A stretch of DNA of 34,603 nucleotides from Candidatus Woesearchaeota archaeon. Its GTDB lineage: Archaea > Nanobdellota > Nanobdellia > Woesearchaeales > WJIZ01. Below, piece by piece: positions 26,910 to 34,603 of the stretch. The position numbers were made by a program, and so were the translations under genes. The DNA lies in the NCBI GenBank assembly GCA_018221205.1, contig JAAOYF010000005.1, forward strand, positions 1-34,603. The letters run 5' to 3'. The notes under the pieces were generated by a model. The model did no database searches, was not told the origin of the DNA, and saw only the letters and a program-made list of their open reading frames with translations. Numbering within the stretch: the stretch's first letter is position 1; each line of letters begins with the position of its first letter.

Positions 26910-27376
26910 TGTATCTCTTCGCTTATTTTCTCGGGTGTCTTGTTATCGCATCCTATAGTATCATCTGCCATCTGGAATATCTTATCTCGCTTTTCGAATA
27001 TCTCTGGAAAGGAAGATTCGTCCATATAAGGGGGAAAGCCTTGCTTCTTGAGGCGTTCAAGCAAAATATCTTTTGAGAGCTTAAGATATACCATCTTTCC
27101 CAGCTTCTTCAGCTTCATCCTGTTTTCTTCGCTGTCTAATGCGCCTCCTCCGACTGCAATGATGGTGTTGTCTGCTTCAAGAGACATTATCACTTCCTTT
27201 TCTTTTTTTTTGAAATGCTCTTCTCCGTGCTTCTCCATAATCTCCCGACAGGATTCTCCTTTTTCTTCGATCATGTCATCAGTGTCGATGAAGTGTGTAT
27301 CATTCTTTTTTGCGACCATCTTTCCTATTGTCGTCTTGCCTGCTGCTTTGAATCCTATAATGATGAGATTCATCAA
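26882..27376 (-). CDS. aroK: Shikimate kinase, bacterial P-loop (AroK/AroL) type
   Basis: IIGFKAAGKTT Walker A, DTD, GEEHF, AVGGG; aro cluster context. Confidence 0.9.
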   Translation of the reverse strand: MMNLIIIGFKAAGKTTIGKMVAKKNDTHFIDTDDMIEEKGESCREIMEKHGEEHFKKKEKEVIMSLEADNTIIAVGGGALDSEENRMKLKKLGKMVYLKLSKDILLERLKKQGFPPYMDESSFPEIFEKRDKIFQMADDTIGCDNKTPEKISEEIQWETRLEKN

Positions 27377-28812
27377 TGATCCACCACGTATTGCAGAACC
27401 GATTCCTCCATAAGCTCCTTATCTGGCTTCTTCCTTGTCCAGAATTCAAACTGCTGCGCTGCCTGGTTGATGAACATCTTGATTCCGGTCACGATCGGGC
27501 ACCTGTTACGCTCTGCATCATTGAGAAGCTTGGTGATCAATGGATTGTAGATCGTATCGAAGACAACCATGTTCCTCAATACATTTCTCGGCACCGGAGA
27601 GTCATGCACCCTCGGAGCCATGCCGATGGGAGTTGCGTTGATCAGCAGATCGACCTTTTCCCAGTCAATCTCATTGATCTTTTTTAGGGACACATGTAGT
27701 GAAGATGCAAGCTTTTTCCCATTCGCCTCTGTCCTATTGATTATGGTAAGCCTTCCTCGTTTCTTCCAGATGCCGAAGGCAATCGCTTTTGCAGCGCCTC
27801 CTGCCCCTATCAGGACGACATTCTTATCCTGGATCTGAATCTTTTCCTGTATCGTGTCCAAGGCAGCTGTCCAATCAGTATTGTAGCCGAAAAGTTTTCC
27901 CTGCTTTATGACGACTGTATTGACTGCTCCTATCTTTGCTGCACGGTCATCGACATGATCTAAGTAGGTCAAGATGGATTCTTTGAAGGGCATGGTGACA
28001 CTCAGCCCTGAAAAAAGGTGTTTAAGGAGGTCAAGCTCTTTAAGATCTTTCAGCTCTACGTTGATATAGACTGCATTCAACTCATGCTCCTTGAATGCGA
28101 GATTATGGACAATATAACTTCTGCTTGCTGAGATAGGGTTTCCGATGAGGCCATAGATATTCACTCCTGGCTTCAATCGGTCTACCCGATAGACTTTTTT
28201 CAGATAGTCACAGGATATCTGGCCTGGAGCAGTGGGTTGGTTGAGATAGCCATAGGTGAGAAAAGAGCCGAAAGGAACGTTAAGTATCCTTGACAACTGC
28301 CCTTTTGGACCCATACAATGCGCTATCATGTCTATGTTGTCTGCTTTGGATTTCTTTAACAAATCAAGAATGATTATGTTATCGCTCAAAGAAACGGCAG
28401 TACAGGCTATCTTTATGATGTCTGGTTTTAACTTTTTGATCTTCTCATATATCTCCTGTATATTCTCTGGAACGTTTTCGTTGTTATGATAAGAGACTAT
28501 GATCTTAGTGTCTTTTTTCGTTTTGATGAATTCTTTTATGGTCTTTTCTCCGTAATCAAGATCAAGATCGATATATTCTGCGCCTTCTTCCATTCCCTTT
28601 TTGAGCAGCCCTAAGCATATCTTCTTCTCGACTCCTTTGCAGGCGAGAATGACTGGCTTTCTCTTCTTTGCGATGATCTCCTTTATATCCTCTGGCTTGG
28701 CATCCATCAATGAATCCATCCTTACCTCTACCAGAGAAGCATTGAATTTGATATGGCTCATCTCGTCAAGAAGGTGCTCTTTTGTTCTCGCAGCTATGGA
28801 ACAGCATATCAT
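27373..28812 (-). CDS. aroDE: Bifunctional type I 3-dehydroquinate dehydratase / shikimate dehydrogenase (AroD-AroE fusion)
   Basis: N-half EVRMD, IVSYH, KIA (Schiff-base Lys), MG...SR, APGQ; C-half SVTMPFK, GAVNT, NTD, GAGGAA, NRT, NATPIGM. Confidence 0.94.
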   Translation of the reverse strand: MICCSIAARTKEHLLDEMSHIKFNASLVEVRMDSLMDAKPEDIKEIIAKKRKPVILACKGVEKKICLGLLKKGMEEGAEYIDLDLDYGEKTIKEFIKTKKDTKIIVSYHNNENVPENIQEIYEKIKKLKPDIIKIACTAVSLSDNIIILDLLKKSKADNIDMIAHCMGPKGQLSRILNVPFGSFLTYGYLNQPTAPGQISCDYLKKVYRVDRLKPGVNIYGLIGNPISASRSYIVHNLAFKEHELNAVYINVELKDLKELDLLKHLFSGLSVTMPFKESILTYLDHVDDRAAKIGAVNTVVIKQGKLFGYNTDWTAALDTIQEKIQIQDKNVVLIGAGGAAKAIAFGIWKKRGRLTIINRTEANGKKLASSLHVSLKKINEIDWEKVDLLINATPIGMAPRVHDSPVPRNVLRNMVVFDTIYNPLITKLLNDAERNRCPIVTGIKMFINQAAQQFEFWTRKKPDKELMEESVLQYVVDH

Positions 28813-29897
28813 GTCATGTCACCCAAGACTTTTTCAGCGATCTCTTTTCTCACAGTGCAATCCATCTTTGCTTTGCCTATCCTTTCCAATAACACATACC
28901 TGACTTCTGACTGTGATTTTTTCTTGTCATAGTGTGTCGCAAGAAGGATCTCCTCTATGGAGAGCTTCTTTATCCTGGTCTCGAACTTCACTTTTTTCAA
29001 CAGGTCAATGATCTTCTGCGACTCCATAAAATTCAGCAGGCCTTTCTTCTCTGCCATCTTAGCTTCTGCTATCATGCCTAATGCAACTGCCTGTCCATGG
29101 GAAACACGATAATTAGAAACTTGTTCGATCGCATGTCCTATGGTATGGCCGAAATTGAGAATCTTTCTGTAGGAGAGCTCTTTCTCATCCTCTTGCACCA
29201 CCACTTTCTTGATCTTGCAGCTCCATTGGATGAATCTTGCTATCACATCCTCATCTCTTGTAAGCAAAGTGTGCATATAGCCGTCCAGATGAAGGAAGAA
29301 TTTCGCATCAAGTATAACAGCATGCTTTATCATTTCAGCGAGGCCGTTCCTGTATTCTGTATCGGAGAGTGTCTTCAGCACAGAAATGTCTATGAAGACG
29401 CGTTCTGGTTGATAGAATGCTCCGATGAGGTTCTTGCCGAAAGGAGTATCGACAGCTGTCTTTCCCCCTATGCTTGCGTCGACCATCGCCAACAATGTTG
29501 TCGGGATTGATAGGTAGGGTATGCCCCTCATATAGGTCGATGCGACAAAACCTGCAAGATCAAGCACTGCTCCCCCTCCGAGCGCGATAATGACCGAGTT
29601 CTTGGTGAGCTGATATTTCATCAACGCATCTTCAATCCTCTCTTTTGTCTGCCTTGTCTTGCTCTTCTCTCCTGCAGGAAAACTAATCAACACTGCTTTA
29701 AGTCCTTCTTTTTTTAGCATATCTAAAAACGTATTTGCATAGAACTTCTTGACATTAGAATCGGTGATGATTGCTATCTTGTCGAGATTCAATGTCTTGA
29801 GTCCTGCTGCTATCTGTGGAAAAAGGTCCTTCCCTATGATGATATCATAGGAATCGTCCTCTTCTCGCTGGATCTTTACTCTTATCTTCTGCATCAT
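28809..29897 (-). CDS. aroB: 3-dehydroquinate synthase (canonical AroB)
   Basis: GEKSK, LGGGAVLDLAGF, PTTLLAMVDASIGGKT, LNFGHTIGHAIE, HGQAV. Confidence 0.97.
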   Translation of the reverse strand: MMQKIRVKIQREEDDSYDIIIGKDLFPQIAAGLKTLNLDKIAIITDSNVKKFYANTFLDMLKKEGLKAVLISFPAGEKSKTRQTKERIEDALMKYQLTKNSVIIALGGGAVLDLAGFVASTYMRGIPYLSIPTTLLAMVDASIGGKTAVDTPFGKNLIGAFYQPERVFIDISVLKTLSDTEYRNGLAEMIKHAVILDAKFFLHLDGYMHTLLTRDEDVIARFIQWSCKIKKVVVQEDEKELSYRKILNFGHTIGHAIEQVSNYRVSHGQAVALGMIAEAKMAEKKGLLNFMESQKIIDLLKKVKFETRIKKLSIEEILLATHYDKKKSQSEVRYVLLERIGKAKMDCTVRKEIAEKVLGDMT

Positions 29898-30907
29898 ATC
29901 CCTCTCCCACCTATCATCGCGATCTTGCCCAGGTCAACCATGAGCTTTGTGAAGCTGGTTATGTTTATTGTCTGCTCGGCGTCTGAGACTGCTTTTGAGG
30001 GGTCTGTATGCACCTCGATCATCAGTCCGTCTGCTCCTGCTGCTATGGCTGCCTTTGATAATGGTGCAACCAATGATCTTTTTCCAGAGGCATGGCTTGG
30101 ATCGACGATAATCGGCAGATGCGTGAGCTCTTTCAATAAAGGTACGGCACTTATATCCAAGGTGTTTCTTGTTGCTTTCTCGAATGTCCTGATGCCTCGT
30201 TCGCAAAGAATGACTTCTCTATTGCCGCGGCTCATGATATATTCTGCTGACAATAACAATTCATCATAGGTCGAGGACATGCCTCTTTTCAGGAGGACCG
30301 GCTTCTTTGTCTTTCCTACCTCTTTCAACAAAGGATAGTTGCACATGTTCCTTGTGCCTATCTGAAGGATATCAGCATATTTTGCTACAAGTTTTACGTC
30401 TCTTGGATCCAATACTTCTGTCACTGTCTTCAGTCCTGTCTCCTTTCCTGCGGCTTCTAGGAATTTGAGCCCTTTCTCTTCCAATCCCTGGAAATCATAT
30501 GGCCCTGTACGGGGCTTGAAAGCCCCCCCTCTAAGAACTACGGCTCCTGCTTTCTTTGCTGCCCTTGCTATCTTCATGATCTGGCCTTTGCTCTCGACAG
30601 CACACGGCCCTGCGATGATGATTATCTTCTGGCCGCCGAAGATGACGTTTCCTACTCTCACTTTGCTTGGCTGCTTCTTTGCTTCTCTTGAAGCCAATTG
30701 ATATGGTCTATGGATGCGGTGGACCTTTTCCACGCCTGGTAGATTAGCAATGGTGTGCCTGTTGAGCTTCCGTTCATCTCCTACGGCTGCGATGACTGTC
30801 CTTTCTTGCCCATATAACGGCACTGGCTCCAGTTTTGCACGCTCGATTCTAGAAAGAACTTCCTTTACTTCTACACGCTTTGCATTTCTCTTAAGAACAA
30901 TAATCAT
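29894..30907 (-). CDS. aroF: DAHP synthase type I-beta with N-terminal ACT/ferredoxin-like regulatory domain
   Basis: MIIVLK N-domain, IAGPCAVES, RGGAFKPRT, QIGTRNM, LCERGIR, DPSH, EVH. Confidence 0.95.
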   Translation of the reverse strand: MIIVLKRNAKRVEVKEVLSRIERAKLEPVPLYGQERTVIAAVGDERKLNRHTIANLPGVEKVHRIHRPYQLASREAKKQPSKVRVGNVIFGGQKIIIIAGPCAVESKGQIMKIARAAKKAGAVVLRGGAFKPRTGPYDFQGLEEKGLKFLEAAGKETGLKTVTEVLDPRDVKLVAKYADILQIGTRNMCNYPLLKEVGKTKKPVLLKRGMSSTYDELLLSAEYIMSRGNREVILCERGIRTFEKATRNTLDISAVPLLKELTHLPIIVDPSHASGKRSLVAPLSKAAIAAGADGLMIEVHTDPSKAVSDAEQTINITSFTKLMVDLGKIAMIGGRGI

Positions 30908-30910
30908 TGT

Positions 30911-31837
30911 TTAGAGTTTTTTCGCAGTCCTAACGATATTTTCTGCAGTCAATCCGTATTTTTCATACAGATCTTTTGGTGCGCCTGACTCTGCGAATGT
31001 ATCCTGGACGCCTATTCTTGCAAGTTTCGCATCACTGTTTTCAGCGAGCACCTCTGCTACAGCCCCTCCTAAACCACCGATGATGTTGTGGTCTTCTGCT
31101 GTTATGACTTTTCCTGTTTTCTTTGCTGATCTGAGGAGTGTGTCTTTATCCAATGGTTTTATTGTTGACATGTTGATGACTTCTGCGTCGATATCCTCCT
31201 TTTTCAGGAGCTCTGCTGCTTCTAGGGCTATCGGGATTAACGGTCCGCAGGCAACTACCGAAAGATCTTTCCCTTCTTTCAGGATGATTGCCTTGCCGAT
31301 CTCGAATTTGTGATTATCGTCGAATAGAATCGGTGTCTTATCTCGGGTGAGACGCATATATGCTGGTCCATCATATTCGGCTAATGCCAATGTCGCTTTC
31401 TCTGCTTCCATTGAATCTGCCGGACAGATGACAACCATGTTCGGGAGGGAGCGATAGATGGCCATGTCTTCGATTGCTTGTGCTGATGCGCCGTCAGTCC
31501 CTGTCACCAAGCCTGCATGCGAGCCGATGACCTTTACATTCATCTTCGGTCTTGCTACAGCATTCCTTATCTGCTCAAATGCCCTTTCTGAGAAAATGGC
31601 AAAGGTAGAGGCGAAGGGAATCTTTCCTGACCATGCCAATCCTGCTGCTGTCACGATCATGTTCTGTTCTGTTATGCCACAGCTTATCCATCTCTCTGGA
31701 AATTCTGGAATAAGCATCCTGCTTTTGGTTGATTTTCCGAGATCTGCTTCTAGCGAAACAACATCCTTATGCTTTTTGGCTGCTTTCACCAAGCCGCGTC
31801 CATATCCTTCACGAGAGGCTTCTAATTTTTGCGTCAA
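30911..31837 (-). CDS. tktC: Transketolase C-terminal subunit (TTG start)
   Basis: ADL..ST, GITEQNM, RAFEQIR, DGASAQ, TIKPLD, EDHNIIGGLG. Confidence 0.92.
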   Translation of the reverse strand: MTQKLEASREGYGRGLVKAAKKHKDVVSLEADLGKSTKSRMLIPEFPERWISCGITEQNMIVTAAGLAWSGKIPFASTFAIFSERAFEQIRNAVARPKMNVKVIGSHAGLVTGTDGASAQAIEDMAIYRSLPNMVVICPADSMEAEKATLALAEYDGPAYMRLTRDKTPILFDDNHKFEIGKAIILKEGKDLSVVACGPLIPIALEAAELLKKEDIDAEVINMSTIKPLDKDTLLRSAKKTGKVITAEDHNIIGGLGGAVAEVLAENSDAKLARIGVQDTFAESGAPKDLYEKYGLTAENIVRTAKKL

Positions 31838-32630
31838 GTTCTTCCAACCCTTTCTTCAATTCTTCATCATTCGGCGCCTTGCCATGGAATTCTGGATTAT
31901 TTTCCATGAACGAAACACCTTTTCCTTTTATGGTATCAGCGATAATAGCGACGGGTCCTTTGCTCTTTTCTGCTTTCTCGAGCGCTTTGAGAATCTCATC
32001 CATATCATGGCCGTCAATCTCGATGACATCCCAGCCAAAGGCTTTCCATTTATCATCCAATGGATCTATCACCAATGTTTTTTCTACAAAATCATCATTC
32101 TGGATCCTGTTCTTATCTATGATCGTTGTTATCTTGAGCTTGTGGAATGATGTGTTCATCGCCGCCTCCCATATCTGGCCTTCCTGCGTCTCTCCATCTC
32201 CTAGCATGACATAGATATGGTATGATCTATTGTCGAGCTTTCTTGCGAATGCAATGCCGTTGGCATAGCTCACTCCCATGCCTAAACTTCCTGCTGACAT
32301 CTCTACTCCCGGTACCCTGATATCAGTATGGCCCTGCAATAAGGAATCTATCTTTCTGAACTTCATGAGCTCTTCTTTCGGAAAGAACCCTTTCTCTGCA
32401 AGGACTGCATACATCCCTGGAGAAGCATGTCCTTTGCTCAGAATAAATCTATCTCGTTCAGGATCTTTCGGCTTGTTTGGATCGACATTGAGCTTATCGA
32501 AATATAATGCAGTTACGATATCAATCATAGAAAGAGATCCGCCAGGATGTCCAGCTTTCGCTGCATGGGTCATCCTAAGGATGTCTTTTCTCAGTTGATG
32601 AGCTAGTTTTTGGAGCTCTTTCGCTTTCAT
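31809..32630 (-). CDS. tktN: Transketolase N-terminal (TPP-binding) subunit
   Basis: GHPGGSLS, RDRFILSKGH, LQGH, GSLGMG, GDGETQEGQIWEA...N, TIKGKG. Confidence 0.94.
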   Translation of the reverse strand: MKAKELQKLAHQLRKDILRMTHAAKAGHPGGSLSMIDIVTALYFDKLNVDPNKPKDPERDRFILSKGHASPGMYAVLAEKGFFPKEELMKFRKIDSLLQGHTDIRVPGVEMSAGSLGMGVSYANGIAFARKLDNRSYHIYVMLGDGETQEGQIWEAAMNTSFHKLKITTIIDKNRIQNDDFVEKTLVIDPLDDKWKAFGWDVIEIDGHDMDEILKALEKAEKSKGPVAIIADTIKGKGVSFMENNPEFHGKAPNDEELKKGLEELDAKIRSLS

Positions 32631-32649
32631 AGTAAAGGGAAAAAGAAAT

Positions 32650-33459
32650 TTATTTTTTTGCCACGGGCTTCATTTCTTTCCAAGCCAGGTTGAAAAGAGT
32701 GTCCATTGCTGAGGCGAAAAAAGGTGTATTGACCCAGATGCCTACATCATATGTCGGGTGGACATCGCTATCATTCATCACCATAAAGATGATCTCTTTG
32801 CCGTCCACTAAAGCGAACCGTGCATTGACAGTGGCGTTTCTCACTTCAGCAGTGGTTCCTAAGTCTTTGACTGCGGCCATGTTCTCCTTTGTTATCGGAG
32901 CTGCTATCTTCACTTTTACGCCACGTTTCTTTAACTTTTCAAAGGTCGGTTTGAGGCCTTCGATCTTCCTTATGAGGCCTTGGGCAGTAGTCATGATAGA
33001 AACAGATTCTTCTGCATCCCTGATTGTCAATTCGAGGTGGTTATAGAGGTTGTGTCTTCCTCTGATCGAACCAGAAAGGTCAGATGGTTCTACCAATTCA
33101 ACACCTTGCTTATGCAAAGCGTTCAATTCTTTGATAACATCAGTCCCTTTCAGATCTTCAAGGTGCTTCAACTTATCTTTTGCTCCTTTTTGGACGTTTT
33201 TCTTGACCCTCTCAAGGACTTCTGTAGGTTCGACAGCAATATATTTTATAGGCTTGCCTAGCTTCATAACAACAAAGCCTTTTTTCTCTAAAGACTCAAG
33301 AACATCATAGCTTCTTGATCTTGGAACATTTGCGATATCAGATAATTCACCTGCAGTGGAAACTCCTCTTGATAACAATGCAGACCAGATTTTTACTTCA
33401 TAGAGATTCAGACCGAAATACCGTCGTAACTTGCTTAAAAATTCGTCCTTCACTATCAT
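32650..33459 (-). CDS. TrmB-family transcriptional regulator (TrmBL2-like architecture)
   Basis: wHTH FGLNLYE...AGELSDIANVPRSRSYDVLESLEKKG, coiled-coil linker, short C-domain (RGVKVKI...F..AW); 269 aa. Confidence 0.9.
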   Translation of the reverse strand: MIVKDEFLSKLRRYFGLNLYEVKIWSALLSRGVSTAGELSDIANVPRSRSYDVLESLEKKGFVVMKLGKPIKYIAVEPTEVLERVKKNVQKGAKDKLKHLEDLKGTDVIKELNALHKQGVELVEPSDLSGSIRGRHNLYNHLELTIRDAEESVSIMTTAQGLIRKIEGLKPTFEKLKKRGVKVKIAAPITKENMAAVKDLGTTAEVRNATVNARFALVDGKEIIFMVMNDSDVHPTYDVGIWVNTPFFASAMDTLFNLAWKEMKPVAKK

Positions 33460-33589
33460 TTTACCTACCCCCTTTTTCTAACAAGCAATCCTTGTTATAG
33501 AAGGGTAAACATAATGTACTACTATTAATATGTTACTGTTTTTTACCTCGGGACAGTGCTATAACTACCCATTAGGTACATATCGTTTT

Positions 33590-33639
33590 TACTCTGAAGT
33601 TAAAACACTTAGAGTATTTAAACATAGCTTATATTTAAA
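33590..33639 (-). promoter_or_regulatory. Putative trmB promoter (TTTAAATA) and downstream inverted repeat
   Basis: Minus-strand TTTAAATA at 33639-33632 (second copy 33622-33615); inverted repeat TACTCT-g-AAGT-N6-ACTT-AGAGTA at 33590-33616. Confidence 0.45.
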
Positions 33640-33667
33640 GATTTAGGTGGCGTATAATAGAAATTTA

Positions 33668-33679
33668 TAAAGAAAAAAA
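33668..33679 (-). terminator. Putative archaeal oligo-T terminator after hppA
   Basis: Minus strand reads TAA TTTTTTTCTTTA directly after the stop. Confidence 0.45.
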
Positions 33680-34603
33680 TTAAGCAAAGAGGTTTAGATA
33701 ACTCAATGCTATAAATAAAGGCACAAAGACCAAAGCCACGATGGACATCAGCTTAATCAAGATGTTCAAACTGGGGCCGGAGGTGTCTTTGAAGGGATCC
33801 CCTACTGTATCGCCGATAACAGCTGCCTTATGGGCATCTGATCCTTTTCCGCCGAACTTGCCTGCCTCGATCCATTTCTTTGCATTGTCCCATGAGCCGC
33901 CAGCGTTAGCCATCATGATAGCCAACAAGACTCCTGTCACCAGTGACCCGGCCAATAATCCGCCTAAAGCCTCTAAACCGAGGAAGAGTCCTACTGCTAA
34001 AGGAGCTATTATTGCGATAAGGCTTGGCAGGACCATCTGCTTCAATGCGCCTTTTGTTGCGATATCAACGCATCTCCGATAATCTGGCTTGGCTTTTCCT
34101 TGCATCAATCCTTTGATCTTCTTGAATTGCCTTCTCACTTCTTCGATCATACGGAAAGCTGTCCTTCCTACTGCCTTCAAGGTCAAAGAGGTAAACAAGA
34201 AGGGTAATGCGCCTCCAATGAACAAACCGATGATGACCATGGGGTTCATGATGTCGATCGACTGCAGATTAGCCTGTGTCGTGAACGCAGAGAACAATGC
34301 CAATGCTGTCAGGGCAGCTGAGCCGATGGCGAAGCCTTTTCCCATAGCAGCAGTCGTATTGCCGACTGAGTCAAGGGCATCTGTTCTCTTTCTCACTTTT
34401 TTGTCTAATTTAGACATCTCTGCAATCCCGCCTGCATTGTCTGCTACAGGACCATAGGCATCTACTGCTAAGCTTATTCCTAGTGTTGAAAGCATGCCGA
34501 CAGCTGCGATTGCAATTCCGTAAAGGCCTGCAAAGAAGTAGGCTACCCAAATAGCAATGGCAATAAAGATGATAGGCAGGACTGTCGAGCGCATTCCGAG
34601 TGC
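33680..34603 (-). CDS. hppA: Membrane-bound H+/Na+-translocating pyrophosphatase (5'-partial)
   Basis: [49 protein letters not shown]; frame open to the window end. Confidence 0.97.
   Translation of the reverse strand, partial: ALGMRSTVLPIIFIAIAIWVAYFFAGLYGIAIAAVGMLSTLGISLAVDAYGPVADNAGGIAEMSKLDKKVRKRTDALDSVGNTTAAMGKGFAIGSAALTALALFSAFTTQANLQSIDIMNPMVIIGLFIGGALPFLFTSLTLKAVGRTAFRMIEEVRRQFKKIKGLMQGKAKPDYRRCVDIATKGALKQMVLPSLIAIIAPLAVGLFLGLEALGGLLAGSLVTGVLLAIMMANAGGSWDNAKKWIEAGKFGGKGSDAHKAAVIGDTVGDPFKDTSGPSLNILIKLMSIVALVFVPLFIALSYLNLFA

Noticed and set aside
27203..27211. A9 homopolymer in aroK as a phase-variation or frameshift site
   Set aside because: The frame is intact (FKKKEK) and A-runs are expected in Lys-rich genes
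30911..32630. Split transketolase as a pseudogene or as DXP synthase
   Set aside because: Two-subunit transketolases are normal in archaea; both halves have intact motifs and the context fits E4P supply

Overview
Gene-dense housekeeping region of an archaeal genome, most likely a DPANN Woesearchaeota/Nanoarchaeota-type lineage (inferred from protein features such as the N-extended uS14 and the tailed eL32; not verified). The + strand (1-20657) carries uL13-uS9-rpoN, a bacterial-core LeuRS with an archaeal-type C-terminus coupled to panE, the full archaeal L3-to-secY ribosomal superoperon, a DUF106/EMC3 insertase, msrB, eL34, eL14 and one orphan. adk and cmk are missing from their usual positions. 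The - strand (34603-20640) carries a partial K+-dependent membrane pyrophosphatase, a TrmBL2-like regulator and a tightly coupled 12-kb run of tktN-tktC-aroF-aroB-aroDE-aroK-aroC-aroA-pheA-pheS-pheT. This run spans E4P supply to Phe-tRNA charging, uses bacterial-type enzymes and lacks chorismate mutase. The best candidates for novelty are this supra-operon, a multi-hairpin leader upstream of rpl3 that hides the SD (candidate r-protein leader), a structured trmB leader with an operator-like repeat, msrB coupled to Met-rich SecY/DUF106, and long K/A/P/E tails on uL22 and eL14. No tRNA, rRNA, CRISPR or mobile element was seen.
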